A DNA stretch of 32,000 bases from Prevotella phage Lak-C1. Both the position numbers and the translations under genes were made by a program. A model generated the notes under the pieces. That model saw only the letters and a list, made by a program, of their open reading frames with translations, was not told the origin of the DNA and did not search any database. Positions 9,093 through 22,720 of the stretch are shown in pieces (the stretch's first letter is position 1; every line of letters begins with the position of its first letter). The stretch lies in sequence record MK250029.1. One strand, written 5' to 3'.

Positions 9093-10211
9093 ATGACAAC
9101 AACAAAAAATATAATTTAGATTAAAGCAAGTAAATGTATTTTTCTTGCTGATATTCATTTAGGTGTAAGATCTGCATCAGAAGAATGGCAAGAAAATATT
9201 TCATCATATTTTTATAATTGGTTTATTCCATATATAAAATCATTAGTGGAAAAAGATCCTACTTATTTTTTAGCAATTTTAGGTGATGTATATGATGATA
9301 GAAAATCTATTGATATTAATGTAAATGATTTAGCAATAGATATATTTGAAATTTTAGGATCTATATTACCAGTTTATATTATAAACGGAAATCATGATCT
9401 ATCTAAAAGAACAAACAAAGGAAATACATCATTAAGAAATTTAGATAATATTCCAAATGTTACAGTTATAAAAGAACCGACATTAATTAAGATTAAGCCG
9501 TCAACTAAGATATTATCAAATATTATAGCAATACCATATTTGGGTTCACATGAAGAAGAAAATAAAGTATTACTTGAATATTCTGGTAAAGCAAATTATG
9601 CATGGATGCATACAGATATTTCGCAAATGAAATTTGATAATGGTATGACTATTATCGGTGCAGTTGATTCAAAAATATTTAAAGGAAAAATATTATCAGG
9701 ACATATTCATAAACGGCAGGAATTAGGTAATGTTATTTATGTAGGTTCTCCATATCAATTAAGAAGATCAGATATAGGAAATACAAAAGGAGTTTATACA
9801 GTAAATTTTACTAATAACGAATTATTATTTGAAGAAAATAATTATAGTCCAATATTTCATAAAATAAAGGTAGAAGATTTTCTGAAACTAAGTGTTAAAG
9901 AAAGAGATGAATTTCTTAATAATAATTATAATGATATTCTTATAGAAGAATCTGATTTGAGAAAATATAAATCAGGAACAATATATGATATGGCAAATCT
10001 TTCTAATGCAAAGAGAGTGCAAATTATTGTTAATAAATCTCATCATGATTTGGATAATATAGATAATGAAGAATATAAAGAATTATCTATAGAAGAACTT
10101 ATCAATGAATCAATTTCACAATTAGATGTTGATGATGAAACAAAAGACAGATTAAAGAATATCAGTAGAGACAGATTAAAACAAGCAGAAAATGAATTAA
10201 ATGAAGTTTAA
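9093..10211 (+). CDS. SbcD/Mre11-like recombination endonuclease subunit (T4 gp47-like), code 15
   Basis: CIFLADIHLG, LAILGDVYDDR, YIINGNHD, GHIHKRQ, VYVGSPYQLRRSD phosphoesterase motifs; TAG=Gln near N-terminus. Confidence 0.9.
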
Positions 10212-10272
10212 TTATAAATAAATTATCACAAATTATTAAGTTTGTGTTAAAATTAATTAAACTAATTTTTAA

Positions 10273-10488
10273 ATGGATACTATAACATTTATAACAATAT
10301 ATTTTTTAATAGGATTAATAACATATATATACTTTATTACTTTAGTTAATAAAGCTGAATTAACTTTAGAATGTAAAATAAAGATATTCTTAATTTCAAT
10401 TTTGGCAAGTCCATTAGTTATTCTATTAGAATTGTTTGTTTTAATTTTAAATAGAACACGTAATTTAAATGAAGATAGAGAAGATTGA
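10273..10488 (+). CDS. Small membrane protein
   Basis: Two hydrophobic segments; ends TGA and overlaps the next gene start. Confidence 0.6.
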   Translation: MDTITFITIYFLIGLITYIYFITLVNKAELTLECKIKIFLISILASPLVILLELFVLILNRTRNLNEDRED

Positions 10489-12145
10489 ATTTCGTAATTT
10501 ATTTTCATATGGTGAATAGGTATAGGAAATAAATTATGATGATACGGGAAAACTTATACTTTTAAAAGGTTAGAGTGGTGCAGGTAAATCTGCAATTCTT
10601 TCATTACCATGTTTATTATTATATGGAAAAATAGAAAAAGTTCCAAAAACTTCTATTGCAAATAGAATTAATAAAAATGGTTGGATGAGAGGAACAATTA
10701 AACAGGGGTAGCATACATATGTAATAGAAAGAAAGTTTTCTCCAAATGGTGTAACAGTATTTAAAGATAATGAAAATATTGAAAATTATGGAACAAAAGA
10801 TGCATAGTCATTTATTGATTCAGAAATTATAGATATTCCATAGGCAACATATTCAAACATGATTTCAATTTCAATGAAGTCATTTAAATCATTTCTTAAA
10901 ATGTCACCAGCAGATAGAAAACAGATTATAGACAGAGTTTTTGATTTGGAAATTATCAATGTTGTTTTTGAAAATCTTAAAAAAGATATGAGAGAATTAG
11001 GTTCTTCCATAAATGCAGATAATTCTACCATATTTTCTTTAAACCAAACTATATAGAATGCAAATAATGAATTAATTCAAATTCAGCAGAAAATATAGTC
11101 GAAAGAAAGTAAAGATAAGATTGAAGAAAATAATAATAAAATTTAGGAAGATAATCAGAAACTTAAAACATTAAATGATGGTTATAATCAATATGTATAG
11201 AAACAGCAAGAAATAACAAATCAATTTAATTCTATTAAAAATTAGCAGATTGAAAATTCTGTTAATATACGATAGATTCAAGAAAAGATTAATCTTTTTA
11301 AATAGGAAAAATGCCCTACATGCGGATGTTCTTTTTCATCTGAACAATTTAATGAATTAAGAGAAAATCTTAATAAGTTAATGCAAGATAAAATGAATAT
11401 TGATACATAGTTACAAGGTTAGATGAAAACACTTACAGATAATAGTAAAATTGTATCAGATTATCTTAATAAAATCGCGTCTGCTGTAACGAAAATCAAT
11501 TAGAGTATAAATGCATTAAATTCAGAAAATCTTGTGATACAGGAGAAATTAAAGTCTAATTCTGAATATAAAGCTGTACAAAATATTATTGAAAAAACTA
11601 CTGATTAGTTAAATGTAATTAAAAAGAATATTGAAGATAAAAATCAATAGATGTTAGATTTACAGAATTTGTCTTTAGTATATTCAATAGACGGTGTAAA
11701 ACAAAAAGTTATTAATAATTATTTACCTTTATTAAATAAAGAAATTGAGGATAATTTAATATAGTTGAATATTCCATATGGATTGGAATTTGACAGTAAA
11801 TTTGATCCGCATCTTAAAGATTTAGGTAATGAATTAGATCCAGTTACATTAAGTGATGGAGAAATGACAAGAGTTGATATAGTTGTTTTATGTAGTTTAT
11901 TTAAATTACTTAAAAGACGATACCCATCAATTAATACATTTACATTAGATGAAGTTATTTCTACATTGGACAATTCAAATTCAGGAGCAGTATTGGAATT
12001 TTTAAAGAATTTTGCAAAAGATAATAAATTGAATTGTTTTGTAGTATCACATACAGATTTATACTTGGAAAATTTTGATGAAATAATAGAAGTTGAAAAA
12101 CATAACGGATTTTCAAGATTTACTGTTATGTTAACATCACAATAA
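10469..12145 (+). CDS. SbcC/Rad50-like ATPase (T4 gp46-like), code 15
   Basis: MKIEKIEFRNLFSYGE, Walker A LLKGQSGAGKSAIL, zinc hook CPTCG, C-terminal VTLSDGEMTRVDIVVL signature, FTLDEVISTLD; many in-frame TAGs. Confidence 0.9.
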
Positions 12146-12149
12146 TTTA

Positions 12150-12179
12150 AAGGATACTAATTCATTTAGTATCCTTTTT
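12150..12179. terminator. Intrinsic terminator
   Basis: AAGGATACTAA / TTAGTATCCTT + T tract. Confidence 0.85.
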
Positions 12180-12222
12180 GCTTATTAATAAAACTTTATA
12201 TATTTTACATTATATAAACTAT

Positions 12223-13353
12223 ATGGATAACAGTAATAATATATTTGACACATCATCATTAACGATTAAAAAAATGTCGGATGATGATTTTTACATGGAA
12301 ACTACATCAAAGTTACAGGAAATTCTTCAACATGAATTTAGAGGAATTCCTTATAAGCAACAAATAAAGAAAACTATTGATGGACTTAATTTCGCATGTC
12401 CGTTTTGTGGTGATTCTGCAACAGATATACGAAAAAAACGAGCACATTTTATACTTAAAGGAAATTGGGCAGGAAATTTTAAATGTTTTAATTGCGGAAA
12501 ATTTATGAAAATTCATAATTTCTTTAAGTCATTCGATGTGCCTATGTCATTATCTGCCATTACTTATGTAAATGAACATGTAACTAATATACCATCATAT
12601 AATGCAAATTCAACTGAAATTACATCAGAAGTATTAGATAAAACATCTGTTATTCAATATTCTGTTAAAAAAGATTATATAAAAAAATATTTAAATCTTT
12701 TAGAAATTAATGATGTTAATGCAAAACCAGGGTATCTTTATTTAGTAAATAGATGTCAATTTAATTTTGATAATTTTTTGTATGATCCAAAAGGACAATA
12801 TATTGTTATTTTAAATTTAGTTGATAATGATAAGGTATTCGGTATTCAGATTAGAGATATAACAGGTAAGAAAAAAGCTAAATATCTTACAATGTCATTA
12901 TCAAAAATTCATCATAAAATATTAAAAGATAATATAGAAATACCAGTAAATGTAGAAGCATTATCAACTGTATTTAATATATTTAATATTGATATTTACA
13001 GACCTGTATTAGTAACAGAAGGACCGTTTGATGCATTCCTTCTGCCTAATTGTATCGCAACATCAGGTGCATCTAAATCTATTGGTATTGATTTACCATT
13101 TTGGTTTGTATATGATTCAGATAAGACAGGAAATGAACATGCGATGAAAATGTTACAGGAAGGATATAATGTTTTTATGTGGGAAAAACTAAAGAAAGAT
13201 TTAGGATTACCAGATAAAAATCCATATTCATCAAATAAATTAAAATGGGATATTAATGATGTAATTAAATGGTGTAGAGATAATAATTATAAACAAACTA
13301 TATATTGGTCTAAATATTTTTCTAATGATATGTTAGATGGATTAGACATTTAA
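12223..13353 (+). CDS. DnaG-like DNA primase (zinc finger + Toprim)
   Basis: FACPFCGDSATDIRKKRAHFILKGNWAGNFKCFNCG; Toprim VLVTEGPFDAFLLPNCIATSGAS and DSDKTG. Confidence 0.85.
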   Translation: MDNSNNIFDTSSLTIKKMSDDDFYMETTSKLQEILQHEFRGIPYKQQIKKTIDGLNFACPFCGDSATDIRKKRAHFILKGNWAGNFKCFNCGKFMKIHNFFKSFDVPMSLSAITYVNEHVTNIPSYNANSTEITSEVLDKTSVIQYSVKKDYIKKYLNLLEINDVNAKPGYLYLVNRCQFNFDNFLYDPKGQYIVILNLVDNDKVFGIQIRDITGKKKAKYLTMSLSKIHHKILKDNIEIPVNVEALSTVFNIFNIDIYRPVLVTEGPFDAFLLPNCIATSGASKSIGIDLPFWFVYDSDKTGNEHAMKMLQEGYNVFMWEKLKKDLGLPDKNPYSSNKLKWDINDVIKWCRDNNYKQTIYWSKYFSNDMLDGLDI

Positions 13354-13398
13354 TAGAATGTGTTATATAAAGTATATAATAATATTAATTTAAAAGTT

Positions 13399-14337
13399 AT
13401 GGCAAAAATGAAGCAAAATCTTTCTGATATTTTTTCAGGAGTTAATAAAGAATTATTGAATTCTACAAAGGATAAGTTTAACAAATTGTCAAGTGTAGAA
13501 AAGAAGAAAGTACTTGATAATACAAATAAACTTATGGAGACATTCTGTGATATTTGTGGTGTTGAAAATAAGTATCATTTGACAGAGGAAATGTTTGATG
13601 ATGCAAAAGAAAAGTGTAAGGAAACTACAAAAAATATCAAAGATTCTATTAAGGAATCAAAGGATAATCTTGCAGAAATTGCGCGTGATACATTGAATAA
13701 ATTGGGTATTTCTGATGAGTTTATTAAGTCATGTAAGGTTGATAATGATAAGATTTATATTGATGTTCAAATGCCAGTAGATTCAGATATTGATAATATT
13801 GATTTGGATATTAATAATGATGGTGTATCATATGATCATCAGGCAGAGGAACCACATAATGTACCAAAGTTTACTAGAAAGAATAAAGTAAAGAATAAGA
13901 AAGTTCGTCTTAGTAATAAGATTAAATTTAGAGATAATCATCCTGTTGTTGAGACAGAACAGATTGCAGATGATACTACACATATTCTTAATAGACTTAA
14001 GGCAGAAGCAAAAGAGAATGAAGTAAATGAATCAAAGATTAATTTGGATGATATTAAGCAGATTCTTATTGATAAGATTGAAGCTATTCTTGAAGATGAA
14101 AATACACATGCTTATACAGTTTATCCACGTGAAGGTGATGTACCAGCATCTGTACAGGTAACACTTGATGATGTATGTGGTTGCGTACGAGAACATCTTA
14201 ATATTCTTACAGATGTTGCAGATGCAATTAAGGATAAGTATGGTTTTCCAGAAGTATATGTACATATGATGGAAAACGATGATACTTATAATGATAATAC
14301 AGTTTCTGTAGGAATTATATGTATGTTGGAAGATTAA
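13399..14337 (+). CDS. Hypothetical phage protein
   Basis: 312-aa highly charged ORF starting MAKMKQNLSDIFSGV; start inferred at 13399. Confidence 0.75.
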   Translation: MAKMKQNLSDIFSGVNKELLNSTKDKFNKLSSVEKKKVLDNTNKLMETFCDICGVENKYHLTEEMFDDAKEKCKETTKNIKDSIKESKDNLAEIARDTLNKLGISDEFIKSCKVDNDKIYIDVQMPVDSDIDNIDLDINNDGVSYDHQAEEPHNVPKFTRKNKVKNKKVRLSNKIKFRDNHPVVETEQIADDTTHILNRLKAEAKENEVNESKINLDDIKQILIDKIEAILEDENTHAYTVYPREGDVPASVQVTLDDVCGCVREHLNILTDVADAIKDKYGFPEVYVHMMENDDTYNDNTVSVGIICMLED

Positions 14338-14372
14338 TTATTTTCATAATTATATTTTTAATTTTGTATTTT

Positions 14373-14410
14373 AATGCTAATCTATTATTGCTAATAGATT
14401 AGCATTTTTT
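14373..14410. terminator. Intrinsic terminator
   Basis: AATGCTAATCTATTA / TAATAGATTAGCATT + T tract. Confidence 0.85.
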
Positions 14411-14521
14411 ATTTATGTTTTTGATTATAAATATAAAAAATAATTTTTATCTAAATCAAAATTATATGTAATTATTGATAAGATAAATAATAAAAAGAAA
14501 ATTTATTTAATAAAACATAAT

Positions 14522-17500
14522 ATGGGAAAAATTTCTATTGACTTATCTACTATAAAATCAGCAGGTATTTATACTATAGAAATCGATAGCTCACAACGTG
14601 AGGTAACAAATCCTACTTCACTTCGTTTGTTACCTGGTTTTAATAATAAAGGTCCTTTCAACCGTCCAGTATTTATGCAGTATGAATCTGAACGTCAGAA
14701 GATCTTTGGAGATATTGATAGTAAGCTTGAGTAGAAAGGTTGTTTCTTTAATAGAATGGCATAGACAATGCTTAAGAACGGTCCTATATTGGCTCTTAAT
14801 TTGTTAAAAGTTGATGATTCAATTGATGGTCCAGACCAGGTAAATTATGCTACAATGTCATTAGATTCATGTAAGCCAAATCCTAAAGTTACAAGTGCAG
14901 GAAAAACTTATGGTGAATATGATTATCAGGCAGCAACAATTAATAATAAGTTATATGGTTCAAAATAGGATGATGTAATTCCTTATGTAGGTAAAACACC
15001 ATATGCAAGTTTATTTGATCGTGCACGTTTCTGGATTCCTTCTAAGAATAATCTTCAGGCTGTTGCAGCAAATGGTTTATTGAGTAATGATCAGGGCTCA
15101 TATGAACATACTAATTTACTTAATTTTGCTAATACAGGTACTGATGAAATTTCAATTCTTGTTTATAAACCAGAGAATATTACAGGTTATAATGTAACTG
15201 CAAAAGAATGGTGGGGTGGTGATGAAAACATTCCTTATGGATGGATTCGTCCATCTGATTATATTTCAGATTACTTTATTCGTGTTGTAGCAATTAAAGG
15301 TAATTGGACAAATTATCCTGGACTTGCAAGTGATCCTATTTGGAGTAAGTATTTCGATAAAAATGGTGTAATTAAAAATAAAGTTTCATCATTATGTTCA
15401 GCAGAAGGTGTAACATTTATCGGTTCTTGGACAGGTTCAATTATTCCTGACTTTGTTGATAAACAAGGTAATTATATGTATATTGAATCTAAGGTAAATG
15501 CAAATACAGAACGTACAGGTCTTTTGATGTCTGTAAATGAAGATGCTCTTCAGGTTATTTCATATGACAAGAATGGTGTTGATATTGAAACAGGTAATGA
15601 AAATGGTACAGGTACATGGGTATTTGATTTTGATGGAAATAAACAAGCAGAATCAGAACTCGGCGAAAGTTCAATTAATGAATCAGGCTATCTTGTTGAT
15701 ATGGTTGGACATAATTTACAAAATGGTATTTATGCAAATAATTATTATTTAAATCTTGCACTCTCATTAGATAATACTAATATAGACGAGTCAACTTTAT
15801 GTTATACATATTATTTCCAGAAAACACAGGCTAGTTGTACAAAAGATTTAAATGCATGGTGTATGTCATTTAATGGTAGAGATACAGTGTCCAAAGAAGA
15901 TAATGTAGAACCTAAAGCAAAAATAAGGGTGCTTTATTGTAAAAATAAATCAGCAGATACAAAGACAAAGAAATTTGTAAAGGCATATTCATTATATAAT
16001 GCAGATACAAATCAACCTGTTAGCACAAATAATTCTAAATATGGTGCAAACTTTTATATCATTGAAGAATATGATGTTGTTGGAAAAGAATCATTATTAG
16101 ATAAAGAAATTTAGAAATGTTTAACAACATCTCTTACTGATTTAAATAATGAATCAGATAAGGGAACATTAAAAGCTATAACTGAAAAACTTAAAGCATT
16201 GACTGTATATGCTCAACCTAATTTAAAAGTATCATATAATATAAAGGATGTTGTACATAAACTTGATAATAAACAACAAGCAGCAACAGTTGCAGATGTA
16301 ATTTCAAATGATACAAAATATCTTTATATTAAAGAAGTATCAGTAAAAGCAGACACAAATGATAACTATGTATATGAGGACAAGCTAATGCATTATGGTA
16401 TATATGCAATTCCTACAATATCAGATAATACTGCAGATGCTACAGCAGAAGTTAAATTATTTTCTGTAATAGCAGGAACTAAAGCACATTCATATGCAAT
16501 TATTCGTGATTTTGGAACAATTACTACTGCACCTAATAAGTTGATTCCTATTGAAATTACAAATTATAAGGAACAAAAAAATACCGGTTTTGGTGCAAAA
16601 GCTAATGGCTTTAAATTCAGTTATGGTGGAGATGATTACTTTATCAGAAGAATCTCTGATAAAACTATAGATCAAGTTTATACACCTATGTATAAACTTG
16701 TTAATTCTGATACCCCAACGTATTTCGGCGTAAACTTCTTGTCTTATAATTATATTACAGAACATGTAAATGAAGTTATTACAAACGTATATAATGCATA
16801 TTACTTTAATGGATATAAGAATACTTCAAGTGTTTCTGAATCAGTTAAATTACAATCTACTGATTTATATGATGAAGGTACATGTCCAGTAGCAGATACA
16901 AATTTAAATTTATTTATTATTACTAATGAGGCAGAAGCTAGTAATATATCTGTAGGTGATTATGTAAATAATATTTCATTCTATAATAATGTTGGTGAAG
17001 CATAGAAACATAATTTGATTCCAGGTATTACACGAGTTATTACAAAGGTATTCATTAATGTTGATGCTCGTAATGAATTCTATTATAAGGGTTCTAAATA
17101 TCATATTAATATTGGCGCACTTGGTGACAGTAATTTAATTGAAACAACTGCAGGTAAGAGAGGATTCTATTTGTTTACTACATTAGATCCTGTTTATATC
17201 AGCAATACTCATTATGTTGTTCGTCAGAAACCAATTACAGATGATAGTATTTCACATAATTTGAAGTTTATCCCCCTTAAAGGTTTGCATATTTCAGCAA
17301 AACACCGTCCAGGATTTGATGAATATGGAAAACTTGATATTGAAGGTGGTATTGAAAAGATTTACTCAATGCTTCAGGATGATGGAATTCATAGAGGTCT
17401 TTGTAATCCTAATATGGTTGATTACCGTTATATCGTTGACTCAATGTCATATGGTTTAACAAATGAAATGGGAGGTAAGAAATATCTTTCTATTCTTGCA

Positions 17501-18328
17501 AAGGATCGTATGAAAACAACTGCGTTACTTAATCTTCCATCTAAGAGACAGTTTGAACTTTCAGTTGATCCATGTTTCTGTGAAACATATGATCAAGGTG
17601 TTTATACAAAACCTTCATTCGATACTAAATATATACCACAAGGTGGTAATACAGATATGTGCTCTACTACAATATTTAGTTTACCAACTGAAGATGATGG
17701 TTCTAAGTTTGCTGCTGCATTCTGGCCTCACTTAGTATATAATGTAAATGGACGTAAGATAAATGTACCACCAGCAGCTGATGTTTGTGATGTTCTTATT
17801 CGCAAATTTAATGGTGGCGACCCTTATGTAATTGCAGCTAATAGAAACGGTATTATCAAAAACTCTGATGTTGTTGGTATTGAATTCAATGCAGATACAA
17901 CAGATAGAGATTATCTTGAACCATTCGGTGTTAATACTATTATTCAGGAAGGTAATAATATCCTTATTTATGGTAATCAAACATGTTATCAGAATACCAA
18001 GAGTGACTTCAATAAGTTACATGTTCGTGAGAACCTTAATACTCTTGAAATTGCATGTGAAGATGTACTTAAGAGATATAACTTCTTATATAATACACCA
18101 GCTGTTCGTGCTTCAGTTGTTACTGCACTCACACCAATTCTCGAAACAATGAAATTGTCTAACGCAATTGAAAGTTATGAGATTATTTGTGATGAGTCAA
18201 ACAACACACCGGACATCATAGCTGAAGATTATGGAATAGTCGACATCAGCGTGATAGTATCTCACGGAATGGAGAAGATAGTGCAACGTATTACGTTGAA
18301 TCGTAGAGATACATTACAAGATAGATAA
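14522..18328 (+). CDS. Contractile tail sheath protein (1268 aa, code 15)
   Basis: Three standard-code ORFs join through in-frame TAGs. Sheath-like C-terminus: VRENLNTLEIACEDVLKRYNFLYNTPAVRASVVTALTPILETMKLSNAIESYEIICDESNNTPDIIAEDYGIVDISVIV. Confidence 0.85.
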
Positions 18329-18349
18329 TTTATAATAATATAATAATTA

Positions 18350-18390
18350 AATAGGTTAGAATTTTGAATTCTAACCTATTTTTATTTTTT
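18350..18390. terminator. Intrinsic terminator
   Basis: AATAGGTTAGAATT / AATTCTAACCTATT + T tract. Confidence 0.85.
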
Positions 18391-18451
18391 AATATTTTGT
18401 ATAACTTTTTCCATAATTTGTTATATAATATATAAATATTAATTTTTATTA

Positions 18452-20263
18452 ATGAATGATAATTTAATAATACAAAAATTTATAACTGATAAAAATAAAA
18501 TTAATTCCCATTATAAACAAATTATAAATAAGGATCAGGAAATAAAAGAATATTTAGATAATCGTTATAAAGATGGAAATAATGATTATTGTGAAACAAT
18601 ATATAGAATATAGTATAATATAGATAAACATCCAGTATGTCCAAATTGTGGAAAATATGTTAAATTTACTTCAGGATATGGCTTTAGAGATTTTTGTTCT
18701 ACAAGTTGTAGTAAAAATTACATAAAAGAAAGTTATGATAATATTATTACAGATGATTTAATTAAAAATGATTATTTAATAGATAATAAAATAAACACAA
18801 ATAAATTACAAATAAAATATATTAAAGAACATGGATATGAATCGTATTTATTAAATAGATATAATGATTCAGAGAATTTTGGTGAAGTTATTTACAGAAT
18901 ATGTAATAATATTGATAATATACCTAAATGTAAAGAATGTGGTAAATCTGTTAGATTCTTAAATTTAATAAGTGGTTATGATGATGTATGTTCAGATCGT
19001 TGTAAAAGTATTTCATTATTACCAGAAATAACAGATGATTATATTAAATCATTAGATAAGAAAGGTGGATTATTTAAATATACATGGTATGGACATGATA
19101 AAGTTGAGCAATATTTAAAGAATAAATTTAAAGATGAGTATAGATCATATGATGAAGCAATTTATATGATATTAATGAATATGCATAAAATTCCAAGATG
19201 TCCTGTATGTGGCAATTATGTTAAATTTGAAAAGAATAGATATGAACATAAATTTATGAAATACTGTTCTATTGAATGTCAATCAATAGGAAGGCGAACA
19301 AAAACTATTAATAAAATTAAAAAATTAACAGGATTTAATATTGAATTAAAAAATGATAATCAATATAAATTTATTAATGTTTGTGATATTCATAAAGAAT
19401 TTATTTTAACGCATGATTAGTTTCATAACAGATGTTCATCAACACGATATATGTATAGTGTATTATGTCCTATATGTAATCCTGAACGAAATCCTCAAAC
19501 TTCCATAGAAACTATTATGAAGGATATATTAGATAAGTTAAATATTGAATATATACAACATGATAGGAATTTAATTGGTCCTAAAGAATTAGATTTTTAT
19601 TTAAATAATTATAAAATAGCAATAGAATGTAATGGAACATATTGGCATAGTTTATAGAAGAAAGATAAAGATTATCACATTAATAAATTTAATATATGTA
19701 GAGATAAAGAAATACAATTAATATCATTTTGGGAATATGATATTAAACATAATGAAAGTTTTATTACTAATATTTTAAAAATATATTCAAATAATATTGA
19801 ACATAATTATACAGATAATTTTAATTATGAAATTAAATGTATAGACAATAAGGAATATAAAAATTTTATTAATTTATATAGTTTACATAGGAATGATAAA
19901 AGAGTAAATTTAAAATTGGGATTATATATAGAAAATAAGTTAATTTATACATTTGGTTTAAATGAAAATAAAACAAATATTCATATATTAAAAATTGTTT
20001 CAAGATTTAATTATTACATTAAAGATGTAGTAAAATACATTATTGACTATTTAGATACAGATAAAGACATTATTATTGATGTTAATAATGATATAGGTGA
20101 TATTTATAATATAAAGAAATACTGTTGTTATTATAAAAATATAGATTCATATGAAGATTTTGTTATACGAAAAGATGATACAGCTTTAGCAAAAAAGAAT
20201 GATAAATTTGTAGTAAGATGTTATAATTCAGGAATAACTGAATTTAAAGTAAAACTTTTGTGA
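18452..20263 (+). CDS. Endonuclease-like protein with repeated zinc fingers and Vsr/homing-type nuclease domain (code 15)
   Basis: Repeated CPxCGKxVxF...CSxxC modules (HPVCPNCGKYVKF, IPKCKECGKSVRF, IPRCPVCGNYVKF), then LGPKELDFYLNNYKIAIECNGTYWHSLQKK..HINK; 603 aa. Confidence 0.75.
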
Positions 20264-20306
20264 TTTAATTATCTATAATAATTAATAATAGATATAAGAT
20301 AGAAAT

Positions 20307-20651
20307 ATGGATAGAGAAAAGGAGTGTAAGGAAATTATATGCAGGTATAGTACAGATATTAACAAGAGTATAAATCATGTTTTGGAAAATATATATAATG
20401 CAGGTTGGCATGATGGCAGACATGCAGAACGTGATAAGTGGAGTAAATGTGAATATCTTATAATTGCACCTGATAAAATGGATAAAATTGCTAAGATATT
20501 GGATAATCCTCCTTGTAAGAATTGTGAGTTTAGTACAACAGAAAGATTAACGGGATGTTTAGCTGTTCCACAGAAGTGTGAAAAATATCAAGAATATTCT
20601 TTATTATGTGAATTAATAAAATATTTTAAAACATGTTCTTATAAATCATAA
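20307..20651 (+). CDS. Hypothetical protein
   Basis: 114-aa Cys-rich ORF. Confidence 0.6.
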   Translation: MDREKECKEIICRYSTDINKSINHVLENIYNAGWHDGRHAERDKWSKCEYLIIAPDKMDKIAKILDNPPCKNCEFSTTERLTGCLAVPQKCEKYQEYSLLCELIKYFKTCSYKS

Positions 20652-20717
20652 GACTTTATTTAGGAATTTGATTATAATATGTAAATAAACTAAAAATATA
20701 CACATAATAACTATCAA

Positions 20718-20870
20718 ATGAAAACAAAAATGAAGCAGATTAATAAGATGGATAATTCCGTGAAGTTACCATGGACTATTTATAAAGGATTTAGTGTAAA
20801 TCCAAGTAAAAATGAAAATAATGCAGTTAACGAGAAGTTAAATGAAAATATACCAGGTATGTGGTATTAA
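20718..20870 (+). CDS. Small hypothetical protein
   Basis: MKTKMKQINKMDNSVKLPWTIYKGFSVNPSKNENNAVNEKLNENIPGMWY. Confidence 0.45.
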   Translation: MKTKMKQINKMDNSVKLPWTIYKGFSVNPSKNENNAVNEKLNENIPGMWY

Positions 20871-20875
20871 TATAT

Positions 20876-20918
20876 AAAAAGTCTGAATTATAAGTGTAAT
20901 ATAATTCAGACTTTTTAT
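20876..20918. terminator. Intrinsic terminator
   Basis: AAAAAGTCTGAATTATA / TATAATTCAGACTTTTT. Confidence 0.8.
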
Positions 20919-20968
20919 TTTATTTATTTCGTAAAATAAATATTGTAATAAATTATCTTAATTTAATT

Positions 20969-22588
20969 ATGAGTTAGAACTTATATGAAACATTAATAAG
21001 TGGAATATCATATGCTGTATAGAAATCTATAAATGAGATGGCAAGATTATCAGTATAGAGAACAATCGATAAGAAATTATGGTTAAGTGTTGCATCAACA
21101 TGTTCAAGAAATAAATCAACTGAAGCTGAAAATATTAGACCTATAGGTTCAGATAAAGAAAATTTATTGAATAGGTATGTTGCTGCTCTTATAATTATGC
21201 GAAAGCCGTGTCCAGAAACAGAGGATGATATTGATACATTAAAGACATTTAAATTAGTTGCTAAACGTTATTTACAATTAGGCGGAACATTATAGGAAAT
21301 ATAGGATTTATACAATAAAAACACTGGTAAAACAAGAATTATACCAAAAGGAACAGAAAAGAAACCTATATAGAAAAAAGAAGAATATACTGATAAATCA
21401 GTTTCAACAGATAATATTGTTAAAAATGAACCAGCATAGAAAGATTCATATGGTGGAATGGGATTATTTGACGATGATGACATATTTGGTGATGATACAG
21501 ATGATATATCAAATTCAGAATTAACATAGAAGATTGTTGGTTTAGATATAAATGCAGATTTAACAACTGTTCTTATTCAACAATTAGGAAATAAACCAAG
21601 AGGTTGGAAATTTTATAAACATACAAATGATGAGTATGAAAAATATATGACAGCAGATTGTTCGCCTGATTATGAATGGAGATATAAGAAATATGTAAAA
21701 GACGTAATGAAAGTAATCAAACAAAAGAATTGGACATGTTATTAGGTTACTACACCAACTAATTGGCAAATATCATCATTTAAAATAGAAAATCTTACAG
21801 ATACTTTGGTTCGAGGTTAGATGCAAAAATATTTTGATTTTTATAATAATAAGAAAGAACCAAACAAATAGAAATCGTCAGAAGAGATTACCAAAATGAT
21901 TGATGAACGAATGCAGGTTTATAGATAGTTTGTTAAAGATAGAAAAAGACAGGTTAATGCTATAAATAATGATTATGTAAAGAAATTATTTGAAGAAGAT
22001 GAATCTGTATATAGAGTTTATTTATCACCTGATACAGGCGTAATGTTACTTGTTAAACGAGAAATGGAAGGAATGTCAGAAGATAGTTATAATTATATTT
22101 TAACATTTACAGGTAATGTAAATTATAATAATGATTTAAGAGATAAGGATTATAATAAGAAATTAAAAGAAAGAGCAAAAGTACAAGCAAAGAGAAAGTA
22201 GACATTTTTAAAGATGTTACATAAGTATTGTGGTTTAGGTCCAAGTTTTAGTTATACTGTATTATTTGATGATGACAATTATCCATATATGGTTGAAACA
22301 TGTAGACTAGGTAATGCAGAAGGTGTATATAGAATATTATAGAAACGTTTTTATAATCATGGCGAACGCTTTTCATTATATGTACGGACACCTGAACATA
22401 CAGAACCTGATTCTATTCATGAATTAGTTTAGAATAAAGAACATTATCATGTTGAATTAGTAAGATTTATATATGGTGAAAATAAAGGTAAATATCCGCA
22501 GGTTTTACCGGACGATAATTATTACATAATGTTTAAACCTACTGAATAGGGTAAAGCACGAATAGATTATATGATTAATAATAAGTAA
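20969..22588 (+). CDS. Conserved-looking phage protein of unknown function (539 aa, code 15)
   Basis: MSQNLYETLISGISYAVQKSINEMARLS...; continuous only with numerous TAG=Gln codons. Confidence 0.8.
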
Positions 22589-22600
22589 TTTAAATACATT

Positions 22601-22637
22601 AAATTGGTTAGTAATTGGGTGTTACTAACCAATTTTT
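22601..22637. terminator. Intrinsic terminator
   Basis: AAATTGGTTAGTAA / TTACTAACCAATTT + T. Confidence 0.8.
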
Positions 22638-22720
22638 AATTATATTTTATCTGATAGTGAAATAAATCAAATATATACAAAAATATTTGAAGACATATAG
22701 TAGATTTAAAAATATTTGTG

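Noticed and set aside
9246-18328. Short standard-code ORFs such as 9246..10211, 10859..11056, 11765..12145, 14768..14968, 15080..16114 and 17015..18328 as separate genes
   Set aside because: They are fragments of longer genes interrupted only by TAG, which reads as Gln here.
2925-20263. TGA might also be recoded (Trp), because ORFs ending in TGA at 8046, 10488 and 20263 each have a TAA a few codons downstream
   Set aside because: In AT-rich sequence a TAA soon after a stop is expected, TGG is used normally for Trp, and 10488 TGA overlaps a proper start of the next gene. Only one internal TGA was seen in the whole window.
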